Below are positions 9,051 through 18,400 of a stretch of DNA of 22,550 nucleotides, one piece after another. This stretch comes from Utricularia gibba (taxonomy: Eukaryota > Plantae > Magnoliophyta). The position numbers and the translations under genes are program-made. Within the stretch, counting starts at the first letter, position 1. Each line of letters begins with the position of its first letter. Under the pieces are notes generated by a model. The model had not been told where the DNA came from, did not search any database, and saw nothing but the letters and a program-made list of their open reading frames with translations. The stretch covers positions 1-22,550 of the forward strand of contig NEEC01000211.1 of assembly GCA_002189035.1 (NCBI GenBank), read 5' to 3'.

Positions 9051-12000
9051 GAAAGTGATGTATTTCTTAACATTCGGTTTTCGGGGTTGCCAACATGGTT
9101 TTTCAAGGAACAGGTTCTCGTTTTGAGGCGGCCAGTATCGCAAGGAACTTGGTCCGGGCCCCTGATTCTTTATGGCTCATGAGGACAAAAGGATGCAAAT
9201 CGATGAAATAAATGATGCATTTGTTTAAATTACGATATCACGTGCACCCTACATGATTTTTTCAACAACTTACTTTATACTTTAGGTGGTGGTCTTGGGG
9301 GACAAGAGGAACCAGACAAAGGTCAGCATAGGCTTTGGCCGAAAGTAAGTTGTAGCCCGTCAAAGAAAGTGATGTATGTATTAACGTTCGGTTTTCGGGG
9401 TTGCTTACATGGCTTTTCAAGGAACAACTTCTCTTTTAGTGGCGGCCAGTCTCGCTAGGAACTTGGTCCGGGCCCCTGATTCTTATGGCTCATGAGGACA
9501 AAGGATGCAAATCAATGAATACAATGATGCATTTGTTTAAATTACGATATCACGTGCACCCGACATGATTTTTTCAACAACCTTCTTATACTTGAGGAGG
9601 TGGGTTCCGGGGCAAGAGGAACCGGAAAAAGGTCAGCTTAGGCTTGGGCCGAAAGTAAGTTGTAGCCCGATAAATAAAGTGATGTTTATTAACGTTCGGT
9701 TTTCGGGGCTGCCTACATGGTTTTTCAAGGAACATCTTCTCGTTTTTGGCGGCTAGTCTCGCTGGGAGCCTGGTCTAGACCCCAATTCTGTATGGCTCAT
9801 GGGGTCAACCGGATGCAAATCGATGAAAAAAAATGATGCATTTGTTTAAATTACGATATCACGTGCACCCTCATGATTTTTCAACAACTTACTTTATTTG
9901 AGGAGGTGGTCTTGGGGGAAGAGGAACGGAAAAAGTCAGCTTAGGCTTGGGCCGAAAGTAAGTTTTATCTCGCAAAGAAAGTGATGTATTTTATGAAGGT
10001 TCGGTTTTCGGGGTTGCCTACATGGTTTTTCAAGGAACAGCTTCTCGTTTTGTGGCGGCCAGTCTCGTGGGAACTTGGTCCAGGACCCCGATTCTGTATG
10101 GCTCATGGGGTCAACCGGATGCAAATCGATGAAAAAAATGATGCATTTGTTTAAATTACTCACGTGCACCCTACATGATTTTTTCAACAACTTACTTTAT
10201 ATTTGAGGAGGTGGTCTTGGGGGCAAGAGGAACCGGAAAAAGTCAGCTTAGGCTTGGGCCGAAAGTAAGTTTTAGCCCGGCAAATAAAGTGATGTATTTC
10301 TTAACGTTCGGTTTTCGGGGTTTCTTACATGGTTTTTCAAGGTACAGCTTCTCGTTTTGTGGCGGCCAGTCTCACTGGAACTTGGTCCGGGCCCCGATTC
10401 TTTATGGCTCATGAGACAAAGGATGCAAATCGATGAAAAAATGATGCATTTGTTTAAATTACGATATCACGTGCACCCTACATGATTTTTTCAACTTACT
10501 TTATACTTGAGGAGGTGGTCTTGGGGGGAAGAGGAACGGAAAAAGGCAGCTTAGGCTTGGGCCGAAAGTAAGTTGTAGCCCGTCAATAAAGTGATGTATT
10601 TATTAAATTCGGTTTTCGGGGGCTGCCTACATGGTTTTTCAAGGAACATCTTCTCGTTTTGTGGCGGCAGTCTCTAGGAACTTGGTCCGGGCCCCGATTC
10701 TTATGGCTCATGGGGTCAACCGGATGCAAATCGATGAATACCATGATGCATTTGTTTAAATTACGATATCACGTGCACCCTACATCATTTTTTCAACAAC
10801 GTACTTTATACTTGAGGAGGTGGTCTTGGGGGCAAGAGGAACCGGAAAAAGGTCAGCTTAGGCTTGGGCCGAAAGTAAGTTGTAGCCCGCAAATAAAGTG
10901 ATGTATTTCTTAACGTTCGCTTTTCGGGGTTGCCTACATGGTTTTTCAAGGTACAGCTTCTCGTTTTGTGGCGGCCAGTCTCACTAGGAACTTGGTCCGG
11001 GCCCCGATTCTTTATGGCTCATGAGTACAAAGGATGCAAATCGATGAAAAAAATGATGCATTTGTTTAAATTACGATATCACGTGCACCCTACATCATTT
11101 TTTCAATAACGTACTTTATACTTGAGGAGGTGGTCTTGGGGGGCAAGAGGACCCGGACAAAGGTCAGCATAGGCTTTGGCCGAAAGTAAGTTGTAGCCCG
11201 TCAAAGAAAGTGATGTATGTATTAACGTTCGGTTTTCGGGGTTGCTTACATGGTTTTTCAAGGAACAACTTTCTCTTTAGTGGCGGCCAGTCTCGCTAGG
11301 AACTTGGTCCGGGCCCTGATTCTTATGGCTCATGAGGACAAAGGATGCAAATCGATGAATACAGTGATGCATTTTTTAAATTACGATATCACGTGCACCT
11401 CCATGATTTTTTAAACAACTTAGTATATCCTTGACGAGGTGGTCTTGGGGGGGAAGAGGAACGGAAAAAGGTTAGCTTAGGCTTGGGCCGAAAGTAAGTT
11501 GTAGCCCGTCAATTAAAGTGATGTATTTATGAAGTTCGGTTTTCGGGGTTGCCTACATGGTTTTTCAAGGAACATCTTCTCGTTTTGTGGCAGCCAGTCT
11601 CGCTGGGAACTTGGTTCAGGACCCGATTCTATATGGCTCATGGGGTCAACCGGATGCAAATCGATGAAAAAAAATGATGCATTTGTTTAAATTACGATAT
11701 CACGTGCACCCTGCATGATTTTTTCAACAACTTACTTTATATTTGAGGAAGTGGTCTTGGGGGCAAGAGGAACCGGATAAAAGTCAGCTTAGGCTTGGGC
11801 CGAAAGTAAGTTTTATCTCGACAAAGAAAGTGATGTATTTCTTAACGTTCGGTTTTCGGGGTTTCTTACATGGTTTTTCAAGGTACAGCTTCTCGTTTTG
11901 TGGCGGCCAGTCTCACTAGGAACTTGGTCCGGGCCCCCGATTCTTTATGGCTCATGTGGACAAAGGATGCAAATCGATAAATACAATGATGCATTTGTTT

Positions 12001-13947
12001 AAATTACGATATCACGTGCACCCTACATCATTTTTTCAACAACGTACTTTATACTTGAGGAGGTGGTCTTGGGGGGCAAGAGGAACCGGACAAAGGTCAG
12101 CATAGGCTTTGGCCGAAAGTAAGTTGTAGCCCGGCAAAGAAAGTGATATATTTATTAACGTTCGGTTTTCGGGGTTGCCAACATGGTTTTTCAAGGTACA
12201 GCTTCTTGTTTTGTGGCGGCTAGTCACACTAGGAACTTGGTCCGGGCCCCCGATTCTTTATGGCTCATGAGTACAAAGGATACAAATCGATGAATACAAT
12301 GATGCATTTGTTTAAATTACGATATCACGTGCACCCTACATGATTTTTCAACAACCTTTTTTATACTTGAGGAGGTGGTGTTCGGGGCAAGAGGAACCGG
12401 AAAAAGGTCAGCTTAGGCTTGGGCCGAAAGTAAGTTGTAGCCCGATAAATATAGTGATATATTTATTAACATTCGGTTTTCGGGGCTGCCTACATGGTTT
12501 TTCAAGGAACATCTTCTCGTTTTTGGCGGCTAGTCTCGTTGGAAACCTGGTCCTAGACCCCGATTCTGTATGGCTCATGGGGTCAACCGATGCAAATCGA
12601 TGAATACATGATGCATTTGTTTAAATTACGATATCACGTACACCCTACATCATTTTTTCAATAACGTACTTTATACTTGTGGAGGTGTCTTCCGGGGTAA
12701 GAGGAACGGAAAAAGGTCAGCTTAGGCTTGGGCCGAAAGTATGTTGTAGCCCGGCAAAGAAAGTGATGTATTTCTTAACGTTCGGTTTTCGGGGTTGCCT
12801 ACATGGTTTTTCAAGGTACAGCTTCTCGTTTTGTGGCGGCCAGTCTCACTAGGAACTTGGTCCGGGCCCCCGATTCTTTATGGCTCATGAGTACAAAGGA
12901 TGCAAATCGATGAATACATGATGCATTTGTTTAAATTACGATATCACGTGCACCCTACATCTTTTTTTCAACAACGTACTTTATACTTGAGGAGGTGGTC
13001 TTGGGGGCAAGAGGAACCGGACAAAGGTCAGCTTAGGCTTGGGTGGAAAGTAAGTTGTAGCCCGGCAAAGAAAGTAATCTATTTATTAACGTTCGGTTTT
13101 CGGGGTTGCCTACATGGTTTTTCAAGGAAAAGCTTCTCGTTTTGTGGCGGCCGCTCTGCAGGGAACTTGGTCCGGGCCCTCGATTCTATATGGCTCATGA
13201 GGTCAACCAGATGCAAATCGATGAAGACAAGCATGCTATTTTTTAAATTACGATATCGCGTGCAGCCCACACGATTTTTTCAACAACTTACTTTATACTT
13301 GAGAAGGCGGTCTTGGGGTGCACTAGGAATGGGACAAAGGTCAGGTTTGGCTTGCACCAAGAGTTAGTTGTAGCCCGTCAAAGAAGGTGATGTATTTATT
13401 AACATTCGGTTTTCGGGGTTGCTTACATGGTTTTTCAAGGAACAACTTCTCTTTAGTGGCGGCCAGTCTCGCTAGGAACTTGGTCCGGGCCCTGATTCTT
13501 TATGGCTCATGAGGACAAAGCATGCAAATCGATGAAACAAATGATGCATTTGTTTAAATTACGATATCACGTGCACCCTCCATGATTTTTTAAACAACTT
13601 AGTATATCCTTGACGAGGTGGTCTTGGGGGGAAGAGGAACGGGAAAAAGGTTAGCTTAGGCTTGGGCCGAAAGTAAGTTGTAGCCCGTCAATTAAAGTGA
13701 TGTATTTATGAAGGTTCGGTTTTCGGGGTTGCCTACATGGTTTTTCAAGGAACATCTTCTCGTTTTGTGGCAGCCAGTCTCGCTGGGAACTTGGTTCAGG
13801 ACCCCGATTCTGTATGGCTCATGGGGTCAACCGGATGCAAATCGATGAATACCATGATGCATTTAAATTACGATATCACGTACACCCTACATCATTTTTT
13901 CAATAACGTACTTTATACTTGTGGAGGTGGTCTTCGGGGGTAAGAGG
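9051..13947 (+). repeat. Tandem satellite array, ~312 bp monomer (~15.7 copies)
   Basis: Continuous recurrence of TTTAAATTACGATATCACGTGCACC and TACATGGTTTTTCAAGG at ~312 bp spacing. Confidence 0.97.
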
Positions 13948-14259
13948 TGTTGGAGATCAACTCAATCCAAAGTTTGAAGGTGATTGGAAGCACTAATCTT
14001 GTGTCATAATGTTATATTTCAGATAAAAGGTGTTGAGTTCGAGCATGGAAGTGTTGGATTCGAGTTGTTGGGCTTTTTGTGTGTTTTCAATAATTGTGGC
14101 CCACTGTTGTGTAACCTAGGTATTGGGTATATATAAACCCTACTAGGAATGCGTGTCAATGAGGGTTTTGGTCATTCTTATTAGTCGTTTTTCATCCAAG
14201 GTGATCTCAGAAGCATTACCTTTTTGTTACTTCCCAAGACTCTCTTTTTTGCATCAACA
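13948..14259 (+). mobile_element. 5' LTR (312 bp) of a truncated Ty1/copia-like retrotransposon
   Basis: TGTTG...CAACA termini, TATATATAAA at 14128-14137, followed directly by a PBS and a gag-like fragment. No evident similarity to the satellite or the CRM LTR. Confidence 0.85.
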
Positions 14260-14271
14260 TGGTATCAGAGC
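14260..14271 (+). other. Primer-binding site, tRNA-iMet type (copia remnant)
   Basis: TGGTATCAGAGC immediately after the LTR-terminal CAACA. Confidence 0.9.
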
Positions 14272-14334
14272 AGTAAGGTTCTCAAACCTGTGCTCGTTTC
14301 AGTATTTTATATACCGTTCAGCGTTTTTTACTTG

Positions 14335-14522
14335 GTGGATTACAAAGTATCAACCCAAAGCTTTTCAAGCGGTGGCTATGATGGCATCTGGGTCAAAAAG
14401 ATGCGCAGCTACCTGCGGGTCAGAAAGATTTGGGATGTTGTTGAAAGGGAGATTCCGACGATTACAATAACAAGCAAATCCACATCAGAACAGCAAGAGG
14501 AAGCTGAATATCTTCAACAGAG
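14335..14522 (+). pseudogene. gag: Truncated copia Gag N-terminus (DUF4219-like)
   Basis: FSSGGYDGIWVKKMRSYLRVRKIWDVVE resembles the copia Gag N-terminal pattern F.G.NY..W..KM..YL....LW.VVE. There is no in-frame ATG upstream after the PBS (GTG at 14335 is a possible decayed start). The fragment is cut off by satellite at ~14523. Confidence 0.65.
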
Positions 14523-14535
14523 AAATCATGTAGGC

Positions 14536-15366
14536 CAACTTACTTTCGGCCCAAGCCTAAGCTGACCTTTGTCCGGTTCCTCTTGCCCCCCAAGACCGCC
14601 TCCTCAAGTATAAAGTAAGTTGTTGAAAAAATCATGTGGGGTGCACGTGATATCGTAATTTAAACAAATGCATCATTTTTTTTAATCGATTTGCATCCGG
14701 TTGACCTCATGAGCCATAACAGAATCGGGGTCAAGGACAAGGTTCCAAGCGAGACTGGCTGCCAAAACGAGAAGCTGTTCCTTGAAAAACCATGTAGGCC
14801 ACCCCGAAAACCGAACGTTAATAAATTCATCACTTTATTTGCCAGGCTACAACTAACTCTCTGGCAAAGCCCAACCTGACCTTTGTCCCGTTCTAGGTGC
14901 ACCCGAAGACCGCCTCCTCAAGTATAAAGTAAGTTGTTGAAAAAATGATGTGGGGTGCACATGATATCGTAATTTAAAGAAATGCATCATTGTATTCATC
15001 ATTTGTATTCATCCTTGTAGCCATAAAGAATCAGGGGCCCGGACAAAGTTCCTAGCGAGACTGGCCGCCACTAAAGGAGAAGATGTTCCTTGAAAAACCA
15101 TGTAGGCAACCCCGAAAACCGAACCTTAAAAAATACATCACTTTATTTGCCGGGCTACAACATACTTTCGGCCCAAGCCTAAGCTAACCTTTTTCCCGTT
15201 CCTCTTCCCCCCAAGACCACCTCGTCAAGGATATAGTAAGTTGTTGAAAAAATGATGGAGGGTGCACGTGATATCGCAATTTAAACAAATGCATCGTTTT
15301 TTTTCATCGATTTGCATCCGGTTGACCCCATGAGCCATATAGAACCGGGGTCAAGGACCAAATTCC
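14536..15366 (-). repeat. Inverted satellite block (~831 bp, ~2.7 monomers)
   Basis: Reverse-complement monomers, e.g. GTGCACGTGATATCGTAATTTAAACAAATGCATC at ~14641 and ~15262. Confidence 0.95.
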
Positions 15367-15433
15367 TGTTGCAGATCAGCCTCAATCCAAAGTTTTAAGG
15401 TGATTGGAAGCACTAATCTTGAGTTCGAGCATG
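15367..15433 (+). mobile_element. 5'-terminal fragment of a second copy of the copia LTR with a 34-bp internal deletion
   Basis: TGTTGCAGATCAGCCTCAATCCAAAGTTTTAAGGTGATTGGAAGCACTAATCTTG|AGTTCGAGCATG matches 13948-14001 joined to 14036-14047. The deletion is flanked by TTG microhomology, and there are ~4 differences from the first copy. Confidence 0.9.
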
Positions 15434-15434
15434 A

Positions 15435-18400
15435 TAAGTTGTAGCCCGGCAAAGAAAGTGATGTATTTATTAACATTCGGTTTTCGGGGGCTGCCTACAT
15501 GGTTTTTCAAGGAACATCTTCTCGTTTTTTGGCGGCTAGTCTCGTTGGGAACCTGGTCCTAGACCCCGATTCTGTATGGCTCATGGGGTCAACGGATGCA
15601 AATCGATGAAAAAAAAAATGATGCATTTGTTTAAATTACGATATCACGTGCACCCTACATCATTTTTTCAACAACTTACTTTATACTTGATGAGGTGGTC
15701 TTCGGGGTAAGAGGAACCGGAAAAAGGTCAGCCTAGGCTTGGGCCGAAAGTAAGTTGTAGCCCGGCAAAGAATGTGATGTATTTCTTAACGTTCGGTTTT
15801 CGGGGTTGCCTACATGATTTTTAAAGGTACAGCTTCTCGTTTTGTGGCGGCCAGTCTCACTAGGAACTTGGTCGGGCCCCGATTCTTTATGGCTCATGAG
15901 GACAAAAGGATGCAAATCGATGAATACAATGTTGCATTTGTTTAAATTGCGATATCACGTGCACCCCACGTGATTTTTTCCACAACTTACTTTATACTTA
16001 GGGAGGCGGTCTTGGGTGCACCTAGAACGGGACAAAGGTCAGGTTTGGCTTGCGCCGAGAGTTAGTTGTAACACGGCAAATAAAGTGATGTATTTATTAA
16101 CGTTCAGTTTTCGGGGGCTGCCTACATGGTTTTTCAAGGAACAGCTTCTCGTTTTGTGGCGGCCTGTATCGCAAGGAACTTGGTCCGGGCCCCTGATTCT
16201 TTATGGCTCATGAGGAGAAAAGGATGCAAATCGATGAAAAAAATGATGCATTTGTTTAAATTACGATATCACGTGCACCCTACATGATTTTTTCAACAAC
16301 TTAATTTGTACTTTAGGAGGTGGTCTTGGTGGGCAAGAGGAACGGGAAAAAGGTCAGCTTAGGCTCGGGCCGAAAGTAAGTTTTATCTCGCCAAAGAAAG
16401 TGATGTATTTATTAACGTTTGGTTTTCGGGGGTTGCCTACATGCTGTTTCAAGGGAAAGCTTCTCGTTTTGTGGCGGCCAGTCTCACTAGGAACTTGGTC
16501 CGGGCCCCCGATTCTTTATGGCTCATGTGGACAAAGGATGCAAATCGATAAATACAATGATGCATTTGTTTAAATTACGATATCACGTGCACCCTACATG
16601 ATTTTTTCAACAACTTACTTTATACTTGAGGAGGTGGTCTTCGGGGTAAGAGGAACCGGAAAAATGTCAGCTTAGGCTTGGGCCGAAAGTAAGTTGTAGC
16701 CCGGCAAAGAAAGTGATGTATTAATTAACATTCGGTTTTCGGGGTTGCCAACATGGCTTTTAAAGGAACAGTTCTCGTTTTGTGGCGGCCTGTATCGCAT
16801 GGAACTTGGTCCGGGCCCCTAATTCTTTATGGCTCATGAGGACAAAAGGATTTAAATCGATGAAAAAAATGATGCATTTGTTTAAATTACGATATCACGT
16901 GCACCCTACATGATTTTTTCAACAACTTACTTTATACTTGAGGAGGTGGTGTGCCGGGGCAAGAGGAACCGGAAAAAGGTCAGCTTAGGCTTGGGCCGAA
17001 AGTAAGTTGTAGCCCGGCAAACAAAGTGATGTATATATTAACATTCAGTTTTCGGGGGCTGCCTACATGGTTTTTCAAGGAACATCTTCTCGTTTTTTGG
17101 CGGCAAGTCCGTTGGGAACCTGGTCCTAGACCCCGATTTTGTATGGCTCATGGGGTCAACCGGATGCAAATCGATGAATACAATGATGCATTTGTTTAAA
17201 TTACGATATCACGTGCACCCTACATCATTTTTTCAACAACGTACTTTATACTTGAGGAGGTGGTCTTGGGGAGGGAGAGGAACCGAACAAAGGTCAGCAT
17301 AGGCTTTGGCCGAAAGTAAGTTGTAGCCCGGCAAAGAAAAGTGATGTATTTATTAAGGTTCGGTTTTCGGGGTTGCCAACATGGTTTTTAAAGGAAAAGC
17401 TTCTCGTTTTGTGGCGGCCGCTCTCGCAGGGAACTTGGTCCGGGCCCCGATTCTATATGGCTCATGAGGTGAACCAGATGCAAATCGATGAAGACAAGCA
17501 TGCTTTTTGATTAAATTACGATATCACGTGCACCCTACATGATTTTTTCAAAAACTTACTTTATACTTGAGGAGGTGGTCTTCGGGGTAAGAGGAATCGG
17601 AGAAAGGTCACCATAGGCTTTGGCCGAAAGTAAGTTGTAGCCCGACAAAGAAAAAGATGCATGTATTAACGTTCGGTTTTCCGGGTTGCTTACAGGGTTT
17701 TTCAAGGAACAACTTCTCCTTTAGTGGCGGCCAGTCTCGCTAGGAACTTGGTCGGGCCCCTGATTCTTTATGGCTCATGAGGACAAAGGATGCAAATCGA
17801 TAAATACAAAGATGCATTTGTTTAAATTACGATATCACGTGCACCCTACATGATATTTTCAACAACTTACTTTATACTTGAGGAGGCGGTCTTGGGGGGC
17901 AAGAGGAACCGGACAAAGGTCAGCTTAGGCTTGGGCCGAAAGTAAGTTGTAGCCCGGCAAATAAAGTGATAAATTTATTAACGTTCAGTTTTCGGGGGCT
18001 GCCTACATGGTTTTTCAAGGAACAGCTTCTCGTTTTGTGGCGGCCAGTCTCGCTGGAACTTGGTCCTTGACCCTGATTCTGTATGGCTCATGAGGTCAAC
18101 CGATGGAAATCGATTAAAGAAAATGATGCCTTTCTTTAAATTACGATATCACGTGCACCCCACATGATTTTTTCAACAACTTGCTTTATACTTAGGGAGG
18201 CGGTCTTGGGGGGCAAGAGGAACCGGACAAAGGTCAGCTTAGGCTTGGGCCGAAAGTAAGTTGTAGCCCGGCAAATAAAGTGATAAATTTATTAACGTTC
18301 AGTTTTCGGGGGCTGCCTACATGGTTTTTCAAGGAACAGCTTGTCGTTTTGTGGCGGCCAGTCTCGCTGGGAACTTGGTCCTTGACCGCGATTATGTATG

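Noticed and set aside
9046-9060. CATCA-GAAAG-TGATG mini inverted repeat at the right CRM junction
   Set aside because: Only 5-bp arms, and TGATG occurs twice per monomer, so chance is likely.
8825-9106. 93-aa minus-strand ORF ending in the integrase tail
   Set aside because: It is a chance fusion of satellite sequence with the 5' LTR copy of the integrase C-terminus, and it starts outside the element.
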